From Nemertoderma westbladi (taxonomy: Eukaryota > Animalia > Xenacoelomorpha), in contig JAUCBJ010008896.1 of NCBI GenBank assembly GCA_032718475.1, forward strand, positions 62,001 through 126,000: a stretch of DNA of 64,000 nucleotides, read 5' to 3'. Both the position numbers and the translations under genes were made by a program. The notes below the pieces were generated by a model. It was not told the DNA's origin. It did no database searches and saw only the letters and a program-made list of their open reading frames with translations. Positions 1 through 14,573 of this stretch are shown here, in pieces (position 1 is the first letter of the stretch; each line of letters begins with the position of its first letter).

Positions 1-3000
1 GTCCCAACTCCTCTCTGATCTCCCTACCCCCACTGCTTCCCAACTCCTCTCTGATCTCCCTACCCCCACTGCGTCCCAACTCCTCTCTAATCTCCCTACC
101 CTCACTGCTTCCCAACTCCTCTCTGATCTCCCTACCCCCACTGCTTCCCAACTCCTCTCTGATCTCCCTACCCCCACTGCTTCCCAACTCCTCTCTAGAT
201 CTCCCTACCCTCACTGCTTCCCAACTCCTCTCTGATCTCCCTACCCTCACTGCGTCCCAACTCCTCTCTGATCTCCCTACCCCCACTGCTTCCCAACTCC
301 TCTCTGATCTCCCTACCCTCACTGCGTCCCAACTCCTCTCTGATCTCCCTACCCTCACTGCGTCCCAACTCCTCTCTAGATCTCCCTACCCTCACTGCTT
401 CCCAACTCCTCTCTGATCTCCCTACCCTCACTGCGTCCCAACTCCTCTCTGATCTCCCTACCCCCACTGCGTCCCAACTCCTCTCTAATCTCCCTACCCT
501 CACTGCTTCCCAACTCCTCTCTGATCTCCCTACCCCCACTGCTTCCCAACTCCTCTCTGATCTCCCTACCCTCACTGCTTCCCAACTCCTCTCTGATCTC
601 CCTACCCTCACTGCGTCCCAACTCCTCACTGATCTCCCTACCCTCACTGCGTCCCAACTCCTCTCTGATCTCCCTACCCTCACTGCTTCCCAACTCCTCT
701 CTGATCTCCCTACCCTCACTGCTTCCCAACTCCTCTCTGATCTCCCTACCCTCACTGCTTCCCAACTCCTCTCTGATCTCCCTACCCCCACTGCTTCCCA
801 ACTCCTCTCTGATCTCCCTACCCTCACTGCGTCCCAACTCCTCTCTGATCTCCCTACCCCCACTGCTTCCCAACTCCTCTCTGATCTCCCTACCCTCACT
901 GCGTCCCAACTCCTCACTGATCTCCCTACCCTCACTGCGTCCCAACTCCTCTCTGATCTCCCTACCCCCACTGCTTCCCAACTCCTCTCTGATCTCCCTA
1001 CCCTCACTGCGTCCCAACTCCTCACTGATCTCCCTACCCTCACTGCGTCCCAACTCCTCTCTGATCTCCCTACCCCCACTGCTTCCCAACTCCTCACCGA
1101 TCTCCCTACCCTCACTGCTTCCCAACTCCTCTCTGATCTCCCTACCCTCACTGCTTCCCAACTCCTCTCTGATCTCCCTACCCCCACTGCTTCCCAACTC
1201 CTCTCTGATCTCCCTACCCTCACTGCGTCCCAACTCCTCACCGACCTCCCTATCATCACTGCGTCCCAACTCCTCTCTGACATCCCTACCCTCACTGCTT
1301 CCCAACTCCTCTCTGATCTCCCTACCCTCACTGCTTCCCAACTCCTCTCTGATCTCCCTACCCCCACTGCTTCCCAACTCCTCTCTGATCTCCCTACCCT
1401 CACTGCGTCCCAACTCCTCACCGACCTCCCTATCCTCACTGCGTCCCAACTCCTCACCGACCTCCCTACCCTCACTGCTTCCCAACTCCTCACCGATCTC
1501 CCTACCCTCACTGCATCCCAACTCCTCACCGACCTCCCTACCCTCACTGCTTCCCAACTCCTCTCTGATCTCCCTACCCCCACTGCTTCCCAACTCCTCA
1601 CCGATCTCCCTACCCTCACTGCATCCCAACTCCTCACCGATCTCCCTACCCTCACTACGTCCCAACTCCTCACCGACCTCCCTACCCCCACTGCTTCCCA
1701 ACTCCTCTCTGACCTCCCTACCCCCACTGCTTCCCAACTCCTCACCGATCTCCCTACCCTCACTGCATCCCAACTCCTCACCGATCTCCCTACCCTCACT
1801 GCGTCCCAACTCCTCACCGACCTCCCTACCCTCACTGCTTCCCAACTCCTCTCTGATCTCCCTACCCCCACTGCGTCCCAACTCCTCACCGATCTCCCTA
1901 CCCTCACTGCATCCCAACTCCTCACCGATCTCCCTACCCTCACTACGTCCCAACTCCTCACCGACCTCCCTACCCTCACTGCGTCCCAACTCCTCATCTA
2001 ATCTCCCTACCCTCACTGCATCCCAACTCCTCTCTGATCTCCCTACCCTCACTGCGTCCCAACTCCTCACCGACCTCCCTACCCTCACTGCGTCCCAACT
2101 CCTCTCTGACATCCCTACCCTCACTGCTTCCCAACTCCTCTCTGATCTCCCTACCCTCACTGCGTCCCAACTCCTCTCTGATCTCCCTACCCTCACTGCG
2201 TCCCAACTCCTCTCTGACCTCCCTACCCTCACTGCTTCCCAACTCCTCTCTGATCTCCCTACCCTCACTGCGTCCCAACTCCTCTCTGATCTCCCTACCC
2301 TCACTGCATCCCAACTCCTCTCTGATCTCCCTACCCTCACTGCGTCCCAACTCCTCTCTGATCTCCCTACCCTCACTGCGTCCCAACTCCTCTCTGATCT
2401 CCCTACCCTCACTGCGTCCCAACTCCTCTCCAACCTCCCTACCCTCACTGCGTCCCAACTCCTCTCTGATCTCCCTACCCTCACTGCTTCCCAACTCCTC
2501 TCTGATCTCCCTACCCCCACTGCGTCCCAACTCCTCACCAGACCTCCCTACCCTCACTGCATCCCAACTCCTCTCTGATCTCCCTACCCTCACTGCGTCC
2601 CAACTCCTCTCTGATCTCCCTACCCCCACTGCGTCCCAACTCCTCTCCGATCTCCCTACCCTCACTGCGTCCCAACTCCTCTCTGATCTCCCTACCCTCA
2701 CTGCGTCCCAACTCCTCTCTGATCTCCCTACCCTCACTGCGTCCCAACTCCTCTCTGATCTCCCTACCCTCACTGCGTCCCAACTCCTCTCTGATCTCCC
2801 TACCCCCACTGCGTCCCAACTCCTCTCTAATCTCCCTACCCTCACTGCATCCCAACTCCTCTCTGATCTCCCTACCCCCACTGCGTCCCAACTCCTCACC
2901 GATCTCCCTACCCTCACTGCATCCCAACTCCTCTCTGATCTCCCTACCCTCACTGCGTCCCAACTCCTCACTGATCTCCCTACCCTCACTGCGTCCCAAC

Positions 3001-6000
3001 TCCTCTCTGATCTCCCTACCCTCACTGCGTCCCAACTCCTCTCTGATCTCCCTACCCTCACTGCGTCCCAACTCCTCTCTGATCTCCCTACCCTCACTGC
3101 ATCCCAACTCCTCTCTGATCTCCCTACCCCCACTGCGTCCCAACTCCTCTCTGATCTCCCTACCCTCACTGCGTCCCAACTCCTCACCGATCTCCCTACC
3201 CTCACTGCGTCCCAACTCCTCTCTGATCTCCCTACCCTCACTGCGTCCCAACTCCTCTCTGATCTCCCTACCCTCACTGCGTCCCAACTCCTCTCCGACC
3301 TCCCTACCCTCACTGCGTCCCAACTCCTCTCTGATCTCCCTACCCTCACTGCGTCCCAACTCCTCACTGATCTCCCTACCCTCACTGCGTCCCAACTCCT
3401 CTCTGATCTCCCTACCCTCACTGCGTCCCAACTCCTCTCTGATCTCCCTACCCTCACTGCGTCCCAACTCCTCTCTGATCTCCCTACCCTCACTGCGTCC
3501 CAACTCCTCTCTGATCTCCCTACCCTCACTGCGTCCCAACTCCTCTCTGATCTCCCTACCCTCACTGCGTCCCAACTCCTCTCTGATCTCCCTACCCTCA
3601 CTGCGTCCCAACTCCTCTCTGATCTCCCTACCCCCACTGCGTCCCAACTCCTCACCGACCTCCCTACCCTCACTGCGTCCCAACTCCTCTCTGATCTCCC
3701 TACCCTCACTGCATCCCAACTCCTCTCTGATCTCCCTACCCTCACTGCGTCCCAACTCCTCACCGATCTCCCTACCCTCACTGCGTCCCAACTCCTCACT
3801 GATCTCCCTACCCTCACTGCGTCCCAACTCCTCTCTGATCTCCCTACCCCCACTGCGTCCCAACTCCTCTCTGATCTCCCTACCCTCACTGCGTCCCAAC
3901 TCCTCTCTGATCTCCCTACCCTCACTGCGTCCCAACTCCTCTCTGATCTCCCTACCCTCACTGCGTCCCAACTCCTCTCTGATCTCCCTACCCTCACTGC
4001 GTCCCAACTCCTCTCTGATCTCCCTACCCCACTGCGTCCCAACTCCTCTCTGATCTCCCTACCCTCACTGCGTCCCAACTCCTCTCTGATCTCCCTACCC
4101 TCACTGCGTCCCAACTCCTCTCTGATCTCCCTACCCTCACTGCGTCCCAACTCCTCACCAACCTCCCTACCCCACTGCGTCCCAACTCCTCTCCGATCTC
4201 CCTACCCTCACTGCGTCCCAACTCCTCTCTGATCTCCCTACCCTCACTGCGTCCCAACTCCTCTCTGATCTCCCTACCCTCACTGCGTCCCAACTCCTCT
4301 CTGATCTCCCTACCCTCACTGCGTCCCAACTCCTCTCTGATCTCCCTACCCTCACTGCGTCCCAACTCCTCTCTGATCTCCCTACCCTCACTGCGTCCCA
4401 ACTCCTCTCCGACCTCCCTACCCTCACTGCATCCCAACTCCTCTCTGATCTCCCTACCCTCACTGCGTCCCAACTCCTCACCGACCTCCCTACCCTCACT
4501 GCGTCCCAACTCCTCTCTGATCTCCCTACCCTCACTGCATCCCAACTCCTCTCTGATCTCCCTACCCTCACTGCGTCCCAACTCCTCTCTGACCTCCCTA
4601 CCCCCACTGCGTCCCAACTCCTCACCAACCTCCCTACCCTCACTGCATCCCAACTCCTCTCTGATCTCCCTACCCTCACTGCGTCCCAACTCCTCACCGA
4701 CCTCCCTACCCTCACTGCGTCCCAACTCCTCTCTGATCTCCCTACCCTCACTGCGTCCCAACTCCTCACCGATCTCCCTACCCTCACTGCGTCCCAACTC
4801 CTCTCTGATCTCCCTACCCTCACTGCGTCCCAACTCCTCTCCGATCTCCCTACCCTCACTGCGTCCCAACTCCTCTCTGATCTCCCTACCCTCACTGCGT
4901 CCCAACTCCTCACCGACCTCCCTACCCTCACTGCGTCCCAACTCCTCTCTGATCTCCCTACCCTCACTGCTTCCCAACTCCTCTCTGATCTCCCTACCCT
5001 CACTGCGTCCCAACTCCTCACCGACCTCCCTACCCTCACTGCGTCCCAACTCCTCACCGACCTCCCTACCCTCACTGCGTCCCAACTCCTCTCTGATCTC
5101 CCTACCCTCACTGCGTCCCAACTCCTCACTCTGATCTCCCTACCCTCACTGCGTCCCAACTCCTCTCTGATCTCCCTACCCTCACTGCGTCCCAACTCCT
5201 CTCTGATCTCCCTACCCTCACTGCGTCCCAACTCCTCTCTGATCTCCCTACCCTCACTGCGTCCCAACTCCTCACCAACCTCCCTACCCTCACTGCATCC
5301 CAACTCCTCTCTGATCTCCCTACCCTCACTGCGTCCCAACTCCTCTCTCGATCTCCCTACCCTCACTGCGTCCCAACTCCTCTCTGATCTCCCTACCCTC
5401 ACTGCGTCCCAACTCCTCTCTGATCTCCCTACCCCCACTGCGTCCCAACTCCTCACCGACCTCCCTACCCTCACTGCGTCCCAACTCCTCTCTGATCTCC
5501 CTACCCTCACTGCATCCCAACTCCTCTCTGATCTCCCTACCCTCACTGCGTCCCAACTCCTCTCTGATCTCCCTACCCTCACTGCGTCCCAACTCCTCAC
5601 CGACCTCCCTACCCTCACTGCGTCCCAACTCCTCTCTGACCTCCCTACCCTCACTGCGTCCCAACTCCTCTCTGATCTCCCTACCCTCACTGCATCCCAA
5701 CTCCTCTCTGATCTCCCTACCCTCACTGCTCCCAACTCCTCTCTGATCTCCCTACCCTCACTGCGTCCCAACTCCTCACCGACCTCCCTACCCTCACTGC
5801 GTCCCAACTCCTCACCGACCTCCCTACCCTCACTGCGTCCCAACTCCTCACCGATCTCCCTACCCTCACTGCGTCCCAACTCCTCACCGACCTCCCTACC
5901 CTCACTGCATCCCAACTCCTCTCTGATCTCCCTACCCCCACTGCGTCCCAACTCCTCACCGACCTCCCTACCCTCACTGCATCCCAACTCCTCACCGATC

Positions 6001-9000
6001 TCCCTACCCTCACTGCGTCCCAACTCCTCACCGACCTCCCTACCCTCACTGCGTCCCAACTCCTCTCTGACCTCCCTACCCCCACTGCGTCCCAACTCCT
6101 CACCGACCTCCCTACCCTCACTGCATCCCAACTCCTCACCGATCTCCCTACCCTCACTGCATCCCAACTCCTCTCTGATCTCCCTACCCCACTGCGTCCC
6201 AACTCCTCACCGATCTCCCTACCCTCACTGCATCCCAACTCCTCTCTGATCTCCCTACCCTCACTGCGTCCCAACTCCTCACCGACCTCCCTACCCTCAC
6301 TGCGTCCCAACTCCTCTCTGAACTCCCTACCCTCACTGCGTCCCAACTCCTCTCCTGATCTCCCTACCCTCACTGCGTCCCAACTCCTCTCTGATCTCCC
6401 TACCCTCACTGCGTCCCAACTCCTCTCCGACCTCCCTACCCTCACTGCGTCCCAACTCCTCTCTGATCTCCCTACCCTCACTGCGTCCCAACTCCTCTCT
6501 GACCTCCCTACCCTCACTGCATCCCAACTCCTCTCTGATCTCCCTACCCTCACTGCGTCCCAACTCCTCTCCGACCTCCCTACCCTCACTGCGTCCCAAC
6601 TCCTCTCTGATCTCCCTACCCCCACTGCGTCCCAACTCCTCACCAACCTCCCTACCCTCACTGCGTCCCAACTCCTCTCTGATCTCCCTACCCTCACTGC
6701 ATCCCAACTCCTCTCTGATCTCCCTACCCCCACTGCGTCCCAACTCCTCTCCGATCTCCCTACCCTCACTGCGTCCCAACTCCTCTCTGATCTCCCTACC
6801 CTCACTGCGTCCCAACTCCTCACCGACCTCCCTACCCTCACTGCGTCCCAACTCCTCTCTGATCTCCCTACCCTCACTGCATCCCAACTCCTCTCTGATC
6901 TCCCTACCCTCACTGCGTCCCAACTCCTCACCGACCTCCCTACCCTCACTGCGTCCCAACTCCTCTCTGATCTCCCTACCCTCACTGCGTCCCAACTCCT
7001 CTCTGATCTCCCTACCCCCACTGCGTCCCAACTCCTCTCTAATCTCCCTACCCTCACTGCATCCCAACTCCTCTCTGATCTCCCTACCCTCACTGCGTCC
7101 CAACTCCTCACCGACCTCCCTACCCTCACTGCGTCCCAACTCCTCTCTGATCTCCCTACCCTCACTGCGTCCCAACTCCTCACTGATCTCCCTACCCTCA
7201 CTGCGTCCCAACTCCTCACCGACCTCCCTACCCCACTCCGTCCCAACTCCTCACCAACCTCCCTACCCTCACTGCATCCCAACTCCTCTCTGATCTCCCT
7301 ACCCCACTGCTCCCAACTCCTCCGACTCCCTACCCTCACTGCTCCCAACTCCTCTCTGATCTCCCTACCCTCACTGCATCCCAACTCCTCTCTGATCTCC
7401 CTACCCTCACTGCGTCCCAACTCCTCACTGACCTCCCTACCCTCACTGCGTCCCAACTCCTCATCTGAACTCCCTACCCTCACTGCGTCCCAACTCCTCA
7501 CCGACCTCCCTACCCTCACTGCGTCCCAACTCCTCTCTGATCTCCCTACCCTCACTGCATCCCAACTCCTCTCTGATCTCCCTACCCCCACTGCGTCCCA
7601 ACTCCTCACCAACCTCCCTACCCCCACTGCGTCCCAACTCCTCTCTGATCTCCCTACCCTCACTGCGTCCCAACTCCTCTCCTGATCTCCCTACCCTCAC
7701 TGCGTCCCAACTCCTCACCGACCTCCCTACCCTCACTCCGTCCCAACTCCTCACCAACCTCCCTACCCTCACTGCGTCCCAACTCCTCTCTGATCTCCCT
7801 ACCCCCACTGCGTCCCAACTCCTCTCTGATCTCCCTACCCTCACTGCTCCCAACTCCTCTCTGATCTCCCTACCCTCACTGCGTCCCAACTCCTCTCTGA
7901 TCTCCCTACCCTCACTGCGTCCCAACTCCTCTCTGACCTCCCTACCCTCACTGCGTCCCAACTCCTCTCTCAATCTCCCTACCCTCACTGCGTCCCAACT
8001 CCTCTCTGATCTCCCTACCCCCACTGCGTCCCAACTCCTCACCGACCTCCCTACCCTCACTGCATCCCAACTCCTCTCTGATCTCCCTACCCTCACTGCG
8101 TCCCAACTCCTCACTGACCTCCCTACCCTCACTGCGTCCCAACTCCTCTCTGATCTCCCTACCCTCACTGCGTCCCAACTCCTCTCTGATCTCCCTACCC
8201 TCACTGCGTCCCAACTCCTCTCTGATCTCCCTACCCTCACTGCGTCCCAACTCCTCACCGACCTCCCTACCCCACTGCGTCCCAACTCCTCTCTGATCTC
8301 CCTACCCTCACTGCATCCCAACTCCTCTCTGATCTCCCTACCCCCACTGCGTCCCAACTCCTCACCGATCTCCCTACCCTCACTGCATCCCAACTCCTCT
8401 CTGATCTCCCTACCCTCACTGCGTCCCAACTCCTCACCGACCTCCCTACCCTCACTGCGTCCCAACTCCTCTCTGACTCCCTACCCTCACTGCTCCCAAC
8501 TCCTCACCGATCTCCCTACCCTCACTGCGTCCCAACTCCTCTCTGATCTCCCTACCCTCACTGCATCCCAACTCCTCTCTGATCTCCCTACCCTCACTGC
8601 ATCCCAACTCCTCTCTGATCTCCCTACCCTCACTGCGTCCCAACTCCTCACCGACCTCCCTACCCTCACTGCGTCCCAACTCCTCTCTGACCTCCCTACC
8701 CTCACTGCGTCCCAACTCCTCTCTGATCTCCCTACCCTCACTGCATCCCAACTCCTCTCTGATCTCCCTACCCCCACTGCGTCCCAACTCCTCTCTGATC
8801 TCCCTACCCTCACTGCGTCCCAACTCCTCACCGACCTCCCTACCCTCACTGCGTCCCAACTCCTCACCGACCTCCCTACCCTCACTGCGTCCCAACTCCT
8901 CTCTGACCTCCCTACCCTCACTGCGTCCCAACTCCTCTCTGATCTCCCTACCCTCACTGCGTCCCAACTCCTCTCTGATCTCCCTACCCTCACTGCGTCC

Positions 9001-12000
9001 CAACTCCTCTCTGATCTCCCTACCCCCACTGCGTCCCAACTCCTCTCTGATCTCCCTACCCTCACTGCGTCCCAACTCCTCACCGACCTCCCTACCCTCA
9101 CTGCGTCCCAACTCCTCTCTGATCTCCCTACCCTCACTGCGTCCCAACTCCTCACCGACCTCCCTACCCCACTGCGTCCCAACTCCTCACTCTAATCTCC
9201 CTACCCTCACTGCATCCCAACTCCTCTCTGATCTCCCTACCCCCACTGCGTCCCAACTCCTCACCAACCTCCCTACCCTCACTGCATCCCAACTCCTCTC
9301 TGATCTCCCTACCCTCACTGCGTCCCAACTCCTCTCTGATCTCCCTACCCTCACTGCTTCCCAACTCCTCTCTGATCTCCCTACCCTCACTGCGTCCCAA
9401 CTCCTCACCGACCTCCCTACCCTCACTGCGTCCCAACTCCTCACCGACCTCCCTACCCCACTCCGTCCCAACTCCTCTCTGATCTCCCTACCCCCACTGC
9501 TTCCCAACTCCTCTCTGATCTCCCTACCCCCACTGCGTCCCAACTCCTCTCTGATCTCCCTACCCTCACTGCGTCCCAACTCCTCTCTGATCTCCCTACC
9601 CTCACTGCGTCCCAACTCCTCACCGACCTCCCTACCCTCACTGCGTCCCAACTCCTCTCTGATCTCCCTACCCTCACTGCGTCCCAACTCCTCACCGACC
9701 TCCCTACCCTCACTGCGTCCCAACTCCTCTCTGACTCCCTACCCTCACTGCTTCCCAACTCCTCACCGATCTCCCTACCCTCACTGCGTCCCAACTCCTC
9801 TCTGATCTCCCTACCCTCACTGCGTCCCAACTCCTCTCTGATCTCCCTACCCTCACTGCATCCCAACTCCTCTCTGATCTCCCTACCCTCACTGCGTCCC
9901 AACTCCTCACCGACCTCCCTACCCTCACTGCGTCCCAACTCCTCTCTGACATCCCTACCCTCACTGCTTCCCAACTCCTCTCTGATCTCCCTACCCTCAC
10001 TGCGTCCCAACTCCTCTCTGATCTCCCTACCCCCACTGCTTCCCAACTCCTCTCTGATCTCCCTACCCTCACTGCGTCCCAACTCCTCACCGACCTCCCT
10101 ACCCTCACTGCGTCCCAACTCCTCACCGACCTCCCTACCCTCACTGCGTCCCAACTCCTCTCTGACCTCCCTACCCTCACTGCTTCCCAACTCCTCTCTC
10201 AATCTCCCTACCCTCACTGCTTCCCAACTCCTCTCTGATCTCCCTACCCTCACTGCTTCCCAACTCCTCTCTGATCTCCCTACCCCCACTGCTTCCCAAC
10301 TCCTCTCTGATCTCCCTACCCTCACTGCGTCCCAACTCCTCACCGACCTCCCTACCCTCACTGCGTCCCAACTCCTCTCTGACCTCCCTACCCTCACTGC
10401 TTCCCAACTCCTCTCTCGATCTCCCTACCCCCACTGCTTCCCAACTCCTCTCTGATCTCCCTACCCCCACTGCTTCCCAACTCCTCTCTGATCTCCCTAC
10501 CCTCACTGCGTCCCAACTCCTCACCGACCTCCCTACCCTCACTGCTTCCCAACTCCTCTCTCTAATCTCCCTACCCTCACTGCGTCCCAACTCCTCTCTG
10601 ATCTCCCTACCCTCACTGCGTCCCAACTCCTCTACTGATCTCCCTACCCCCTCTGCGTCCCAACTCCTCTCAGATCTCCCTACCCTCACTGCTTCCCAAC
10701 TCCTCTCTGATCTCCCTACCCTCACTGCATCCCAACTCCTCTCTGATCTCCCTACCCCCACTGCGTCCCAACTCCTCTCTGACCTCCCTACCCTCACTGC
10801 TTCCCAACTCCTCTCTGATCTCCCTACCCTCACTGCTTCCCAACTCCTCTCTGATCTCCCTACCCCCACTGCGTCCCAACTCCTCTCTGATCTCCCTACC
10901 CTCACTGCGTCCCAACTCCTCACCGACCTCCCTACCCTCACTGCGTCCCAACTCCTCACCGACCTCCCTACCCTCACTGCGTCCCAACTCCTCTCTGACC
11001 TCCCTACCCTCACTGCTTCCCAACTCCTCTCTCTAATCTCCCTACCCTCACTGCGTCCCAACTCCTCACCGACCTCCCTATCATCACTGCGTCCCAACTC
11101 CTCACCGACCTCCCTACCCTCACTGCGTCCCAACTCCTCTCTGATCTCCCTACCCTCACTGCTTCCCAACTCCTCTCTGACCTCCCTACCCTCACTGCTT
11201 CCCAACTCCTCTCTGATCTCCCTACCCTCACTGCTTCCCAACTCCTCTCTGATCTCCCTACCCTCACTGCTTCCCAACTCCTCTCTGATCTCCCTACCCT
11301 CACTGCGTCCCAACTCCTCACCGACCTCCCTATCATCACTGCGTCCCAACTCCTCTCTGACATCCCTACCCTCACTGCTTCCCAACTCCTCTCTGATCTC
11401 CCTACCCTCACTGCTTCCCAACTCCTCTCTGATCTCCCTACCCCCACTGCTTCCCAACTCCTCTCTGATCTCCCTACCCTCACTGCGTCCCAACTCCTCA
11501 CCGACCTCCCTATCATCACTGCGTCCCAACTCCTCACCGACCTCCCTACCCTCACTGCTTCCCAACTCCTCTCTGATCTCCCTACCCCCACTGCTTCCCA
11601 ACTCCTCTCTGATCTCCCTACCCTCACTGCGTCCCAACTCCTCACCGACCTCCCTATCATCACTGCGTCCCAACTCCTCTCTGACATCCCTACCCTCACT
11701 GCTTCCCAACTCCTCTCTGATCTCCCTACCCTCACTGCTTCCCAACTCCTCTCTGATCTCCCTACCCCCACTGCTTCCCAACTCCTCTCTGATCTCCCTA
11801 CCCTCACTGCGTCCCAACTCCTCACCGACCTCCCTATCATCACTGCGTCCCAACCCCTCTCTGACATCCCTACCCTCACTGCTTCCCAACTCCTCTCTGA
11901 TCTCCCTACCCTCACTGCTTCCCAACTCCTCTCTGATCTCCCTACCCCCACTGCTTCCCAACTCCTCTCTGATCTCCCTACCCCCACTGCGTCCCAACTC

Positions 12001-14573
12001 CTCACCAACCTCCCTACCCTCACTGCGTCCCAACTCCTCTCTGATCTCCCTACCCCCACTGCTTCCCAACTCCTCACCGATCTCCCTACCCTCACTGCAT
12101 CCCAACTCCTCACCGACCTCCCTATCATCACTGCTTCCCAACTCCTCTCTGATCTCCCTACCCCCACTGCTTCCCAACTCCTCACCGATCTCCCTACCCT
12201 CACTGCATCCCAACTCCTCACCGATCTCCCTACCCTCACTACGTCCCAACACCTCACCGACCTCCCTACCCCCACTGCTTCCCAACTCCACTCTGACCTC
12301 CCTACCCCCACTGCTTCCCAACTCCTCACCGATCTCCCTACCCTCACTGCATCCCAACTCCTCACCGATCTCCCTACCCTCACTACGTCCCAACACCTCA
12401 CCGACCTCCCTACCCCCACTGCTTCCCAACTCCTCTCTGATCTCCCTACCCCCACTGCTTCCCAACTCCTCACCGATCTCCCTACCTTCACTGCATCCCA
12501 ACTCCTCACCGATCTCCCTACCCTCACTACGTCCCAACACCTCACCGACCTCCCTACCCTCACTACGTCCCAACTCCTCTATCTAATCTCCCTACCCTCA
12601 CTGCATCCCAACTCCTCACCGATCTCCCTACCCTCACTACGTCCCAACACCTCACCGACCTCCCTATCATCACTGCGTCCCAACTCCTCTCTGACATCCC
12701 TACCCTCACTGCTTCCCAACTCCTCTCTGATCTCCCTACCCTCACTGCGACCCAACTCCTCTCTGATCTCCCTACCCTCACTGCGTCCCAACTCCTCTCT
12801 GACATCCCTACCCTCACTGCGTCCCAACTCCTCTCTGATCTCCCTACCCCCACTGCTTCCCAACTCCTCACCGATCTCCCTACCCTCACTGCGTCCCAAC
12901 TCCTCTCTGATCTCCCTACCCTCACTACGTCCCAACTCCTCACCGACCTCCCTATCATCACTGCGTCCCAACTCCTCTCTGACATCCCTACCCTCACTGC
13001 TTCCCAACTCCTCTCTGACATCCCTACCCTCACTGCTTCCCAACTCCTCTCTGATCTCCCTACCCTCACTGCGTCCCAACTCCTCTCTGATCTCCCTACC
13101 CCCACTGCTTCCCAACTCCTCACCGATCTCCCTACCCTCACTGCGTCCCAACTCCTCTCTGATCTCCCTACCCTCACTGCGTCCCAACTCCTCTCTGATC
13201 TCCCTACCCCCACTGCTTCCCAACTCCTCACCGATCTCCCTACCCTCACTGCGTCCCAACTCCTCTCTGATCTCCCTACCCTCACTGCATCCCAACTCCT
13301 CACCGATCTCCCTACCCTCACTGCGTCCCAACTCCTCTCTGATCTCCCTACCCTCACTGCGTCCCAACTCCTCTCTGATCTCCCTACCCCCACTGCTTCC
13401 CAACTCCTCACCGATCTCCCTACCCTCACTGCGTCCCAACTCCTCTCTGATCTCCCTACCCTCACTGCATCCCAACTCCTCACCGACCTCCCTATCATCA
13501 CTGCGTCCCAACTCCTCTCTGACATCCCTACCCTCACTGCTTCCCAACTCCTCTCTGACATCCCTACCCTCACTGCTTCCCAACTCCTCTCTGATCTCCC
13601 TACCCTCACTGCGTCCCAACTCCTCTCTGATCTCCCTACCCCCACTGCTTCCCAACTCCTCACCGATCTCCCTACCCTCACTGCGTCCCAACTCCTCTCT
13701 GATCTCCCTACCCTCACTGCGTCCCAACTCCTCTCTGATCTCCCTACCCTCACTACGTCCCAACTCCTCACCGACCTCCCTATCATCACTGCGTCCCAAC
13801 TCCTCTCTGACATCCCTACCCTCACTGCTTCCCAACTCCTCTCTGATCTCCCTACCCCCACTGCTTCCCAACTCCTCACCGATCTCCCTACCCTCACTGC
13901 ATCCCAACTCCTCTCTGATCTCCCTACCCTCACTACGTCCCAACTCCTCACCGACCTCCCTATCATCACTGCGTCCCAACTCCTCTCTGACATCCCTACC
14001 CTCACTGCTTCCCAACTACTCACCGATCTCCCTACCCTCACTGCGTTCCAACTCCTCTCTGATCTCCCTACCCTCACTACGTCCCAACTCCTCACCGACC
14101 TCCCTATCATCACTGCGTCCCAACTCCTCTCTGACATCCCTACCCCCACTGCTTCCCAACTCCTCACCGATCTCCCTACCCTCACTGCATCCCAACTCCT
14201 CTCTGATCTCCCTACCCTCACTGCTTCCCAACTCCTCTCTGATCTCCCTACCCCCACTGCTTCCCAACTCCTCTCTGATCTCCCTACCCTCACTGCGTCC
14301 CAACTCCTCACCGACCTCCCTATCATCACTGCGTCCCAACTCCTCACCGACCTCCCTACCCTCACTGCGTCCCAACTCCTCTCTGACATCCCTACCCTCA
14401 CTGCTTCCCAACTCCTCACCGATCTCCCTACCCTCACTGCGTTCCAACTCCTCTCTGATCTCCCTACCCTCACTGCTTCCCAACTCCTCTCTGACCTCCC
14501 TACCCTCACTGCGTCCCAACTCCTCTCTGATCTCCCTACCCTCACTACATCCCAACTCATCTCTGATCTCCCA
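1..14573. repeat. 36-bp tandem repeat array (~400 units), consensus TCCCAACTCCTCTCTGATCTCCCTACCCTCACTGCG, open at the left window edge
   Basis: CCCAACTC recurs at 3, 39, 75... (period 36). The array ends at ...GATCTCCCA|ACAAAAAC. The + strand is strongly C/T-rich. All long - strand ORFs here are translations of the repeat. Confidence 0.99.
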
